Below are positions 34,940 to 47,059 of a stretch of DNA of 64,000 bases, in pieces. The DNA comes from Thraustochytrium aureum (lineage: Eukaryota). A program made the position numbers and the translations under genes. Numbering within the stretch: position 1 is the stretch's first letter; each line of letters opens with the position of its first letter. The stretch lies in NCBI GenBank assembly GCA_012862495.1, contig BLSG01000113.1:12599-76598 (forward strand), written 5' to 3'. The notes under the pieces were generated by a model that saw only the letters and a list, made by a program, of their open reading frames with translations, was not told where the DNA came from and did no database searches.

Positions 34940-36658
34940 CTAGCCTGTCGCGCCAGTGTGCCCCCGAGACACGCTCGCGCCCTCGTCGTCGTCGCTTGAT
35001 GAGACCTCCTGGCTGGCCGCGTCGCCGTCGCCGTCGTCGTCGTCGTCGTGCTCCTCCTCCTCCACGTTCGCAACATCGTCGTCCAACTCGTCCACCTTCA
35101 CCACATAGCGGTGGAGCCTCTCCAAGCACGCCACCGCGTTGTTGATGCAGCCTTGGATCGTGTGCGGCTGAAGGCCGTCGAACGCCGCCTTGACGCGAGC
35201 AAGCAGCTCTTCGAACGAGGTTCCCGCCGTGTGCAGCCGCCCAACCTGGGCCTTGACGATCGCCACACACTGNNNNNNNNNNNNNNNNNNNNNNNNNNNN
35301 NNNNNNNNNNNNNNNNNNNNNNNNNNNNNNNNNNNNNNNNNNNNNNNNNNNNNNNNNNNNNNNNNNNNNNNNNNNNNNNNNNNNNNNNNNNNNNNNNNNN
35401 NNNNNNNNNNNNNNNNNNNNNNNNNNNCGAGCGACCAAATCTGGCTCTTCAGGGCGCCTTCGGGGACTGCAATCTTGCGCTTGGCGCACGCTTCGAGGAG
35501 GTCGGCCCGCTTCCACCCACTCCGCGGCGTCTCCTTCGGGACAGCCGTGTGGTGCGCCGACGTGTCCATCACAATGACGGCGTCTCGGACGCCGCGGGCC
35601 TTGAGCGAGTCGAGAAGCGCCTGCATCCATCGCACAAAGTAACTCGGAGAGAACATCCCGCGAAAGTCTTTGGTCTGCTTCTTCCCGCCCTCAAATATGT
35701 CCAGCGCCTCCTGGATAAACGCAGCGCGCTGCTCGACCGTGCGCTGAGACTCGGGGACGCTGCGATCAGCATCTATGATCGCGCCAGCAAAGCAATAGCG
35801 CTGTCCGCCGCTTCCGCTTTGCACCACGGTGGCGAGGTCCTGCTCGTCGTTGGCGTCGTAAATGCTGTCCTCGTGCCGGCAATAGTCCTTGTGGATGTAG
35901 CTCTCGCCCACAAACACAAACCTCCGTCGCTTGGCCCCGAGCTCGGCGGTCATGCGAGCAATGTACTCGTCGCGTTGAGCGATGATCCGAGGATTCAGCT
36001 GGTAGTGCTGGCAGCCCTTCTTCCGCGCACGGCGGAAACCCTTCCGGCCAAGGTAGCGCTGCACCGACCTGAGGGCGGCGGCGCTGGAAACTGGATCGTT
36101 TGGGTCGTACGCCAGGTGACCTGCCGCGCTCAACAGCTCCATTATGTCCTTGGCGACAGTTTGCACGCCAGCCTCGCGGCGGGAGCGCACAAACTGCTGC
36201 ACTTTTGCAAGGACCATTCGCGCGTCGGGAATCTTTGCATTCCGGCGGCGGCCTTCTGCGTTGCACGGCGCAGCGTTCGTCGAGACAGTCTCGCTCTGGA
36301 TAAACTCGGCCCAAACTGCTTTGACGAGCTGCTGCTGCCTGCGAAAGACCTTGGCAACCGTCGCCGACACTTGCGCCGCACCGCCGCCGCCTTGCTTGCG
36401 CCCGGCGTCGCCTTTCGCGGCCCTTTTGCTGTGCTCGTTGCGCAAGTAGGCCTGCAGCAGCAGGATGTCCAGCCGCTCTTCGCGGGTCAGCGCTCTGGGC
36501 CGGTTTTTCTTCGCAAAGGCTGCAACGCGCTCGACAAGCGCATCGTCCACGTCTGGCGTCGAGGTGTACTGCCTCTTTTTCCTCGGCCCCGGGGCCTCTG
36601 AGCGCGGCCTCTTCGGGCGCGCGTCGCCGTTGCCGCTGCGTTGGCCCTCGTCGCCCAT
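34940..36658 (-). mobile_element. IS630/Tc1/mariner-like (DDE_3-type) transposase-derived gene, first catalytic Asp replaced by Gly; gap 35273-35427
   Basis: TREERLDILLL, VAKDIMELL, VQRYL..KGF, FVFVGESYIH (family DES motif), RYCFAGAI, KDFRGMF..YFVRW, VIVMDTSAHH (DNA.YH), AIVKAQVGR. No terminal inverted repeats recognised. Confidence 0.8.
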
Positions 36659-36768
36659 CGCGAGAGCGCTTGGCAGCGAGCGAGCGCGGCTGGAGCCGCC
36701 CCAACGTCAGGAGGACGCACGGGCTCTGCCTGCGACGAGAGGAAAAACTGAACAACGAGACCATTCTA

Positions 36769-39700
36769 CTACAATTCTGCGAGTCCCTCACCGGTGCGAG
36801 ATGAGGCTCGGCCTTCGGGATGACGCGCGGCCAACGAGGTGACTTGTTCCGAAGCAGAAGGCTTGATCGGCGTACGAGGCAGACGCGCCGACACGCTCGC
36901 GCCGCGGCGACGAGTCGCAGCCTCCCGCTCAACTGGGCTGCAAAACCCAAACGACGACGAGCCACCCTTGCGCTCCTGTTCGTCCTCCGTGGGCGCCTTG
37001 CCTTGTTCACGCCTGATCGGCCGCTGTCGGCAGGCGCGCCGACACGCTCGCGCCGCGGCGACGGATCGCAGCCTCACGCTCAACTGGGCTGCAAAACCCA
37101 AACGACGACGTGTCACCCTTGCGCTCCTGTTCGTCCTCCGTGGGCGACTCGAGCGCGATGGTCGAACCGCGCGTGGAGGAATTGCGCCGGCGCGACGTGA
37201 ATACCGCGAGAGGCATCGAGGACCGGGCCGCGCTGATTTTGCCAGACGCGAACCCGTCCACCGCGGCGACAGAGCTACAATCGACCAAGCTCGGTTGCGC
37301 CACCGCCGAAGAAGACCACGACTGCGCCTTCTTGTCCGCAGGCTGCGGACTGTTCTCCGACCCAGCCGTATGCTGGCCTGTCAGGACAAGCACGCCTGGA
37401 ACGGCCCGGGCGGCAACCGCAACGCCACGCTGCGGCGACAGTGCCGCTAGCGCAGAGCCGCGCCGCGCCGGGCTGGTCGCGCTATGGACCGTATCGACGG
37501 TCGGCACAATAGCGTCTGCAATGACGATCGAACCTGTCGAGGGCCGGCCAAAGCTCCCATTCAGCGAAAGTCGAGCAGCGNNNNNNNNNNNNNNNNNNNN
37601 NNNNNNNNNNNNNNNNNNNNNNNNNNNNNNNNNNNNNNNNNNNNNNNNNNNNNNNNNNNNNNNNNNNACTGCGAAGGCCCCACGAGAAAGTCGATGGGCA
37701 GGCTAAACTCGCTAAAGTACAGCACGAGATTCCAAAACAGCGTGCTCTTCGCACGGCGAAAACTCGTCGCAGCAGACAAAGTCGATGCTGTGGTGCGCCA
37801 GAATGGTTCGCACTTCCTTCGAGAGCGCCCAGGGGGGAAAAACTCGCAAAAGAGCGGCGTGCCGGGCCCTCGTGACCCTTCCCAGCCTTCGTTCGGAGAA
37901 AAGCAGGTGAAGAACGCCACGAAGCGGCGCCCGCATTCGGCGCACTCGGTGTTGTAGTCGTTTGGGTCCGAGGAACTCCACCCGTGGCGCACTTCCTCGT
38001 CGCACACCGGCCGCTGGCACTGCGGGCAGGTCTCCCGCTCGGTGTCCATCACCAAGCCGGGGAAGACGTGGTCCAGGTCAATCGCCTCCCGCTTGACAGG
38101 GGGCGGCTGCGGGAGACCCCCGCCCGCCAAGCTGCTGCGAGGCATCTCGGACACGCTGCGCGCTGCCAAGCCTTTGCGCCCCGTCGAAACAGCTGATGCT
38201 GGCGACGAGAAGACGGCCAGCGGCGACCCCGGGACTCGACTGGCCCCGAACAACATGCTTTGGAACGCGCGCAGGGTGCTGCTGCCGCTCCCAACAGAAC
38301 CGAAGGCCCGTTCGCCACTGTCTGAGGCCGAGTCCCGCGACATTGACGAAGGAGAGCGCGGTGCCATGGCCCTCGCCGACGAGGGCGACTGCGGCACAGG
38401 GGTTGATGCGCCGTCTTTGCGCCGCGAACCCCACCTATGCAACGTACGCCTGACGCTCGCGACGGGGGTGTGCGGACGGGCTGGCGCAGGCCCTGGCGAA
38501 GACGAAAACCCGCGCACTACCTTGGGCCTGGCCGGCTGCGAGCTGAGAGCCCCCTCAATCGCCTCCACCCTAGACGCTCGGTCCGGTTGGCTCACAGCGG
38601 CGGCGAGCCGCGCGCTGGACGCATGATACCCGAGGAGCGCTGCGCCCTGCTGCTTGGACCCGGATGCCTTGTCGGCCTTTTCTCGCCGTCGAGCTCGGCG
38701 GGACGACCTGGCCTTGGAAGCTTCGATCCGCTCGTTGGCTGCCTGCACCTCTTGCCGAAGCTTGTCCCAGTTGAGGATGTCGAGCTTGAGCGAGTGGGTC
38801 ACGTCCCCGTTCATCGAGAACGACTGCACCAGGTTCGAGTAGACGAGCGAATCCGCCATGATTCCCGCCTCGTGCATCATGCCAAGAACGCGGATCGCAT
38901 AGTCGGTGTGGCCGCAGCGACCGCAGGCATCTATGAGGGAGCGATAAACAATCTCGCTCACGGCGGTGCTCCAGGCTTGCGAGGCCTCCAAAACCTCAAA
39001 GGCGAGGTCGAGTTGGTGCAAGGAAAACTCGAGTCTGTTGTCCTCCGCATCGCCGCTGCTGATGGACGCGCGAGCCCCTCTCGCTCGGCTGCCACGGCTC
39101 ACCCTGCTCGACCGGCTTGCCCTGCTCGACCGGCTCGCGCGGCGTCCCTGCGCGCGCGAGAGCTCCGCTGCGAGCGCCGGCCGGAGCAGCTCGCCAAGGT
39201 CGGCCTGGGGCGCCTGCGGTTTGGCCTGAGGGGAGCGGGCGTGCGGATGGGCAGCGGCGGTTCCCACACCGGCGAACTGCTCGCTTGCGATGTACTGCGT
39301 GGGAGACGCGCCTTGGCAGTTGTCCTGGTCCAGGCTCTCGTCGTCCATGTCGTCGGCGACGAGGGTGCCATCCGACTCGCCGCCCACCGAGAGGCGGCAG
39401 AAGCTGGACGAGTTGCGCAAGTGGTTTACGGCGTCAAGGTGCTCCAACGCGCGAGTGTACTCTGTGTTGCGGCGGACCGCAGAGCAAAACAGAACAAACC
39501 AAGTGGCATAGATCGCGTCAGACGCAGACTGGACGAGCTCCTCGGCCTGCTTGGCGCCGAGTCCCAGTCCGAACGCGCGACCGCGTACGCGCTGCACGAG
39601 TTTGTGCGTGGGCGCGTATGCCCCCTCATCGGCGCCAAGCGACAGCGTCTCGGGCATGGGCCGGATCTCCCCATAAAGCTCACGCGTGAGCCGCGGGAAG

Positions 39701-41447
39701 CGGTCATAGCCTTTGAGCGGGTTGGCTGGCATCCAGTCGCCGGGCTCGAGGAGAGGCGGCGATGCGTCTGGAGCCGTGGCGACCACCGTTTTGGAGATCG
39801 AGTACTGACTGTCGCTCAGGAAAGGCGTCTCGTGCTTCAAGGGGAGGAGACGGCCCAGCAGCGTCCGATTGAATTTCGCCGACACAGACTGCTCGAAGAA
39901 GACCACATCAGCGTCGCGGGCCCCGTCTGGGTGCAGGATGTCGTCGATGAAGCACTGAAAGTGCTGCGTTTGCAGGAACGCGCCAAGGAAAGCCCGCTCG
40001 CTGGTTTTGCGGCGGCGGGCCAGAACCCGGCCGAGTCAAAGGCGCCCTGCGCCTCGATGCGCTCCTCCTTGCTCAAGTGGCTCGGGAAGCGGGCCTGGTG
40101 TTTGCTGCTAGCTGCGCTCGGCCGCTGGACCGGGTACACCAAGAACTCGCGGTAGTCCCGCAGGATCGAAGTGAAAAACCGGAAGAACGCAGTTCGAACC
40201 ATCGGCCAGTTGCACTCGCCGCCGGGCAAGGTGCACCACACGGACTTGCCATTCTTCGTGTCAAAGTCGTCCCCGGACTGGGCCACCGTGCGCACATGGG
40301 CCGCGGTGGCCTCGTCGATCTCGTAGGGCTTGGCGGCGTGGCAAATAGCAGAGTCCATCAAAGGGAGCTCGTCGCGCGTCCAAAACTCGGACCGGCGCGA
40401 AAAGGCTGGCGCGCACTGCGAGACCCGCGACATGAGCTTCTTCATGTCGTGCACTGGGAGCTCCATGGCGTTGAGCTCGTGCGAGGAGGCGAACACGGTG
40501 TTTTCGTCGAGATTTACCACCACAGCGGCCGGCGGGATCGCGTAGCCGGCTCTGCACGCCGCCTGCAGCGTTTCTTCGTGGATGCCTACCAAGTATGGCA
40601 GCGGCGCCTGTAGCACCATGAGCATCGCCGCCGGGAGCACCGGAATGTAGACGTGCGCCCACGTAAACGGGTACATCAGCGCCCCGAAGACCTCGCCGAA
40701 CGCGCCGAGCAGCGAGAGCTGGGACGAGCGCACAAGGACCTGGCGCTCCGTCAGCAGGGCCGAGAAAACCTTGAGGATGTTGCCGAGATCAAGGCACTCG
40801 AACACCTGCTGGAAGCCGAGGTCACAGAACGAGATTGGGTTGTTCGCTGGGGGCCGCGTGAACACGAGCTCGGCGTCCCCGATCGCGTGCTGCACGCGGA
40901 TGCGCCCTGGGGGCGGCAGAGGGACCTCGGAGACAAAGTTGCTCACGATGCGCTCCAGCGGCTGCGTGATCGCGCTTATCGATATCCTGTACAGCTGGGT
41001 CAGAAAGGTTCGGAACTGGCTCCTGAACGGCCAGTGCGACAGCAGGCAGAGGCACTTGGGGACATACAAGAGCTTGCGCGTTTCGCGCAGCTCATCCGTG
41101 TACAGCGACTCGTCCAGGGGCTCAAAGATGGTCAGCGCAAACCCGTACAGGTGTGTGCCGTTTGCGCCCGTGCTCACGAACTCGAAGAACTTTGGCATTT
41201 CGATTCCGGCAAGCAGGCTAGCCCCGCCGTTCGGAAAGCAGAACACGGATACGCCGTTCGGAAACGGCACGTCCTCGTGATCAACGTCTGGGTACCTGTC
41301 CAAGACCTGCGTCTTGTACGCGGCCGCGTGCCCGCCTTTCTCGTCGAGCGCCTGCAGCCCCTCGGCCGTCTCGAGCCCGCTCTCCCCATCGACTCCCACC
41401 ACCAGGAAATACTCGACCAGCCTGCCAGACGGGTTATTCGTGTTCAT
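36769..41447 (-). CDS. DENND4: DENND4/CRAG-like Rab GEF (uDENN-DENN-dDENN, PPR repeats, C-terminal Cys motif); several frameshifts and a gap; stop at 37007 or 36769
   Basis: LVEYFLVVG, LDRYP..D, VFCFPNG, PKCLCLLSHWPF, EVPLPPPG, YPFTWAHVYIPVLP, APLPYLVG; PPR EIVYRSLIDACGRCG; CPQC...DEEVRHGW..D..YNTECAEC; LFWNLVLYF..LP. Confidence 0.9.
36864..37146. repeat. ~150-bp tandem duplication (2 copies) within the 3' coding end of the DENND4-like gene
   Basis: 36864-36996 and 37014-37146 are near-identical. Both encode PTEDEQERKG.SSFGFCSPVEREAA.RRRGASVSARLP on the minus strand. Confidence 0.92.
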
Positions 41448-43114
41448 CTTGGCTGTCCCACTTCGCAGCCTGTCTGCTTCACGCTTCCGTTCGCCCTTTT
41501 CGCCCCCCTCCCTTGGGCGCCGCGCCGTGCTCCTCGCGCCGCAGCAGGGCCCCTGCGGTTCCGGCGCCTCGGCGCACTCGCGCGCAGCCTCGACAACAAC
41601 GGCTTCGCGCGCGGCGCGTCCACCGCCGGACGCACGCGCGGTTGCGGCTCTGCCCCGCGCGCTTTGTTTCGCCCTCGCCCTCGCGCTTTCTCGCCTCCTG
41701 CTGTTCATCAGCCACCTGCGGCGGGAAAACCGGCAGCTCACGGGGAAACACCCTCAATACGCAGGCCGGAGTCCATGCTCGCATGCCTGGCCCGAGGCCC
41801 TCGGCGTGCGAGCGCATTCCGGCCCGCGCCGGGACGGCCACGCCTGGAGCAGCTGGAGACCGACTTCGAGGCGCCGACGTTCTCCTGTGCTCGGCAGACC
41901 TCGCTCGAGCCCAGGACGGCTCCGATGCGTCCGTGCTCGCAACGCGCGCCAGGACGGCCAAGACTGGAGNNNNNNNNNNNNNNNNNNNNNNNNNNNNNNN
42001 NNNNNNNNNNNNNNNNNNNNNNNNNNNNNNNNNNNNNNNNNNNNNNNNNNNNNNNNNNNNNNNNNNNNNNNNNNNNNNNNNNNNNNNNNNNNNNNNNNNN
42101 NNNNNNNNNNNNNNNNNNNNNNNNNNNNNNNNNNNNNNNNNNNNNNNNNNNNNNNNNNNNNNNNNNNNNNNNNNNNNNNNNNNNNNNNNNNNNNNNNNNN
42201 NNNNNNNNNNNNNNNNNNNNNNNNNNNNNNNCAGCTCTAGCTCTCTAGAGAGACCATCGGCGAGATGCTCTGCAGCCCTCGGCTGGCCTCGCTCACCCGC
42301 TGGCAAGGCCTCCCAACGGTGCTGGCGGAACTCGGGCTTGAATCGCGGAGCAACGTCCAAGTCTCTCGAAACGCAGCGCAGCGAAGAGCAGCGCCGCCAA
42401 CCGGATGGCGTCGAGTACCTGTGCGTGTAGGCGCTGTAAGTAGCAGGGGTCGCTCGCATCCTCCGTCCGTGACGCTGCGCTTTCCTGCTTGGTGGTCAAG
42501 TGCGCCTGCAAGTCCCCGTGCAATGCAGCGAATCAGCTGACGATCAGGCAGATAGCTCATGATCGACAGGTACTTACCCTTTGGTGTGCGGCAGTGCCAA
42601 GCGCGCAGGTGTCCAAGCGCGCAGGTGTCCATTCGGGCGGTGTCCAGCGCCACGCAGCTGCCGGGGCGATTGCCGCGTCCCTTGGCCGCACGCCTACGAG
42701 TACCAAGCAAGCAAAACACGCCGAGCCAGGCGGCTCACCATGACTCTAGCGAGAGCTAGCGGCCACGGACCAAGGCCATCTCGCGGCAAAGCAAGCGGAG
42801 CACTCGAGCATCATGATCATCGAGGTCGTCAACTTGAACGATCACGAGCGATGCTCCTGCGCGTGGCCGGCGTGGAACAGCGGCGGCTCGCTTCTGTTCG
42901 TTTCTCGACTCGGTCGATCGAGTGGCTTTGTGCGCGAGCGCGTCAAAGTCGAGACGCGCAGCGCACCAAACCGACTCGGAAAGCAACCAAACCGAAAGCA
43001 GAGTTCGCTTTGAGACATTGACGCGGTAACGGAGGTTGACGCATCGCGCAGGGTTTCGCGCGCCTTGACGTGGACCGCTTGGATCGCTGCGCGACCGACC
43101 GCGCGGCCGCCAGG

Positions 43115-44497
43115 ATGGCGTCTGTTGTGGACTACTCCAAGTTCGAGAAGATCGCCGAGGAAGTGGAGCGCGAAGAGCTGCTCAAGCAGGAGGAGGCGCT
43201 CAAGGCGAAGGCCGAGGAAGATGGCGCAGCGGCCGTGAAGAAACCGAAAAAGTATGTCGACTCGGACGGCGATACGGTGAGCGGAGCGTCGGAAAGCGAA
43301 AGCAGCGACGACGACGAGGACGAAGACCTGCACCCCTTGTTCTGGCGCAAGATGCCAAAACCAGGCAGCAAGAACGAGGTCTACGCAGAGATTCTGAAAG
43401 ATATGGTGTACAAGAACGATGACGACGAGGACAAGACCCCGAACGAGCTCGCGGAGGATTTCAAGGAAAAGGGCAACGACTTTTTCAAGTGGGGCCCAAA
43501 GTACTACAAGAAAGCGCTGAAAGAGTACAAGGAGGCCCTGCAGTGGGCGCGCAAGGGAGACGGCAGCCTCGAGAACCAGACCTGTTACGCGGCGATTTTG
43601 ACCAACCGCGCTGCCATCAACCTCAAGGCGCGCAACTTTGGCAGCGTAGTTCGCGACTGCCGCGCAGCGATAAAGTTTGGACCTGACCCGCTGCCCAACT
43701 GCAAGACGCACTACCGCGCCGCGCAGGCCTGCTTCGAGCTCGGCAAGCCGAAAGAGGCCAAGGCCTTTGTCCTGGACGCACTCAAACTCGACCCCGACAA
43801 CAAGGTCTTGCTCCCGCTCCGCGACAAGATCGAAAAGCTCCTCGCCGAGCGCCGGAAAGCGCAGATGGCGTTGGAGCGCGCCCAACTCGAGGAGCGCAAG
43901 CTCGACGAAGCGATGCGAAAGGCCTGCTAGGCGCGCGGAATCACCATGGGCCCGCTCGTGAGTGACATCGAGCTGTACCTGCAAAGCGCTGTGGGCAACA
44001 AGACCAAAGGCGGTTTCCCGCGCCCCGTCCAAACAAAAGACGGCTCTATGGTCTGGTCCGTGCTGCTCATGATCCCCGAGATGATGCAAACTGACTTTAT
44101 TCAGGCTTTCGACATGCGCCAAACCTTCCGCGATCACCTCAGCGTCATGTTCCCTGCCACCAAGGCGGAATGCGCGACGAGCGACAAGCTTGCACCTTGG
44201 GACGAGAAAGCGGACTACACGCTCGACGCGCTCGAGGTTTACTTTGAAGAGCGGGAGGTAGAGTCGTACGACATGACCAAGATGTGGGCCTCGCAGTACG
44301 GCAAGCGCGCGGACAAGATCGACTACAGCAAGCGGCTCCGCGTCCGCGTGGGCTTGGACAAGACGCTTGCAGACGCCATCACCGACGCAAAGTACGTCGT
44401 CCCTGGTGTCCCGAGCTTTTACGTCGTGTCCACGCGGACCACGTACTATTCTGACACCTTTGCGCCGCAGCACAAAGACCGTATCCGCATCCTCTGA
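43115..44497 (+). CDS. TTC4: TTC4/Cns1 TPR Hsp70/Hsp90 co-chaperone with Wheel domain; in-frame TAG at 43928-43930
   Basis: HPLFWRKMP, TPNELAEDFKEKGNDFFK, ILTNRAAINL..RNF, K.HYRAA. The same frame continues past the TAG into WSVLLMIPE..QTDFIQAF, APWD, PSFYVVS (Wheel domain). Confidence 0.9.
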
Positions 44498-44977
44498 GTG
44501 AGTTGCGCAGCCTGCGCTCGTGCGCTTGGGCCACTATAGATAATTCTTCTTCCTCTTGTCAGTCAACTTGATTTCGTCTGCCAATCGTTGGTCTGCAATG
44601 CATGCGGAAGAGCTTCCTACTCGGCGAGAATCCCAGATTCGCGGGACAACGGTTCAAGAATTGACAGGGGCGGATGGGACCTGACGCTGCCAACGCGCAC
44701 TCTCTAGCTCTAGAGAAAGAGTGCCGTTCCGGTTCAGCAAGCGCGAATGCACTCAATCAAATACATCTCGAGCGAACCAAGGGCCGAGCACCAGCCAGAC
44801 CCGGAACGGTGGGCTCGAGAAACTCTACGACCAATCTGGATCCGACATTCCCCGCACCATCGCGCGCAAGCCCGTTTCGCAAGTGCGCGCTTTTAGCGAG
44901 CGCGCCGACCTGCAGCTCCAGCCAAGTCCCGAGTCGAGTGCCGCGGCGTGCCAGTGGCGTGGACTGACACCGAGTTG

Positions 44978-45947
44978 ATGATGAACCATGCGGATGTCGC
45001 CGCTCAAGTCCGCGCATCTGCGGCGGAGATCTATGTGTGCCAGTCGGGCACGTGCCGACGAGCGGGAAGTGAGGCGGTGCTCCTTGAGATCGAGGAGCTG
45101 GGGAACTGCGTCGTCGGGCTCACCGTGCAGTCGACTGGCTGTCTCGGCAACTGCGACCAAGCTCCCAACGCTCTCTTGGCTTCGGACGCGGGCGAGGAAA
45201 TGTTTTCTCGGCTCGGCGACCTGCGGTCAACGGCGGCGGTCGTCGAGTTCGCCAGCGGCCGCGCGCCGAGCCTCGACGACGCAGTGAAAGTGTCTCGGTT
45301 GGAGCGCGCGCGAGCAGTGCGGGTCCGCATGCAGGCGCGGAGGGAAAGCAAGTGGAACCTCGCGCTGGCTGGGCTGAAGGAGGAGCTCGAGCTTGCTGGC
45401 AACAGAGAGGATTCCACCGAGCTCGTGCGGGACTATGCCAACCTACTTGCTGCCGCCGGCCTTTCTGGCAAAGCGTTGGATGTGCTCTCTGCCGCCGTGC
45501 GCATGGAAGGCCTCAGCCTGCAGAAAATCCCTGAGTTGCGGCTTCTCGTGGATAAGGCGCAGCTCATGGCGCGTTTAGGGCGCGCTGACCAGATCCGAGC
45601 GATGGCGGGCTGCGTGGACCGGCTCAAGCCTCTCCACAAAAGAGAGGCCAGCATCAAGGCGCAACTCTCCGACATTCTCAAAGAAGCCGAGGAGTCAAGC
45701 TTTCCGCCCCAACTTGCTGCAGCGGAGGCATTTCGCGTCCAGGGCTACGCACGATGGCGCCTCGACGGCGTTTGGCCGGTCTCAAAGCACAGCGCCGTGT
45801 ATCACTTCCGTTCCGACGACCCGCTGCGAGGGTCGCCGATCCGCGCGGGGCGCGCGGGGCGTACAGTGTGGTCCAAGACGTGGCACACCACGTTGCTGGC
45901 GGAAGTTGGCGAGGCGTGCAACAAGGAGGGGCCGTTGCCGTGGGTGG
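44978..45947 (+). CDS. Fusion of thioredoxin-like [2Fe-2S] ferredoxin, helical/TPR-like region and the start of an FNR/cytochrome-b5-reductase-type FAD-binding domain; 3' end in gap
   Basis: IYVCQSGTCRRAGSE...TGCLGNCDQAPN (Cx4C...Cx3C..P). Amphipathic helices follow (YANLLAAAGLSGKALDVL), then WRLDGVWPVSKHSAVYHF...WHTTL...PLPWV just before the expected RxYTP. Confidence 0.75.
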
Positions 45948-47059
45948 NNNNNNNNNNNNNNNNNNNNNNNNNNNNNNNNNNNNNNNNNNNNNNNNNNNNN
46001 NNNNNNNNNNNNNNNNNNNNNNNNNNNNNNNNNNNNNNNNNNNNNNNNNNNNNNNNNNNNNNNNNNNNNNNNNNNNNNNNNNNNNNNNNNNNNNNNNNNN
46101 NNNNNNNNNNNNNNNNNNNNNNNNNNNNNNNNNNNNNNNNNNNNNNNNNNNNNNNNNNNNNNNNNNNNNNNNNNNNNNNNNNNNNNNNNNNNNNNNNNNN
46201 NNNNNNNNNNNNNNNNNNNNNNNNNNNNNNNNNNNNNNNNNNNNNNNNNNNNNNNNNNNNNNNNNNNNNNNNNNNNNNNNNNNNNNNNNNNNNNNNNNNN
46301 NNNNNNNNNNNNNNNNNNNNNNNNNNNNNNNNNNNNNNNNNNNNNNNNNNNNNNNNNNNNNNNNNNNNNNNNNNNNNNNNNNNNNNNNNNNNNNNNNNNN
46401 NNNNNNNNNNNNNNNNNNNNNNNNNNNNNNNNNNNNNNNNNNNNNNNNNNNNNNNNNNNNNNNNNNNNNNNNNNNNNNNNNNNNNNNNNNNNNNNNNNNN
46501 NNNNNNNNNNNNNNNNNNNNNNNNNNNNNNNNNNNNNNNNNNNNNNNNNNNNNNNNNNNNNNNNNNNNNNNNNNNNNNNNNNNNNNNNNNNNNNNNNNNN
46601 NNNNNNNNNNNNNNNNNNNNNNNNNNNNNNNNNNNNNNNNNNNNNNNNNNNNNNNNNNNNNNNNNNNNNNNNNNNNNNNNNNNNNNNNNNNNNNNNNNNN
46701 NNNNNNNNNNNNNNNNNNNNNNNNNNNNNNNNNNNNNNNNNNNNNNNNNNNNNNNNNNNNNNNNNNNNNNNNNNNNNNNNNNNNNNNNNNNNNNNNNNNN
46801 NNNNNNNNNNNNNNNNNNNNNNNNNNNNNNNNNNNNNNNNNNNNNNNNNNNNNNNNNNNNNNNNNNNNNNNNNNNNNNNNNNNNNNNNNNNNNNNNNNNN
46901 NNNNNNNNNNNNNNNNCCTATCGCGCGGGTTGAGCAAACCCGGCGTGCACCGAGGCAAGCGCAGCAACGGTGGTCGTACGTGGAGACTCCACTTGCTCAG
47001 CAAACTCAGCGTGCGCGAGGTGCGAGCCGCATTGTCAGCTGCGCGACGCCACGCAACCC

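Noticed and set aside
34200..36800. Active DNA transposon with TIRs
   Set aside because: No inverted termini or target-site duplication recognised by eye, and the catalytic Asp is substituted.
42232..42800. Small gene or F-box-like fragment (LSIMSYLPDRQLIRC) with splice-donor-like sites
   Set aside because: No coherent ORF or exon chain could be built; the resemblance is weak.
43928..43930. Genome-wide TAG reassignment (alternative genetic code or pyrrolysine)
   Set aside because: TAG terminates USP39, SPF27, the thiolase and others at the expected C-termini; only one internal case was seen.
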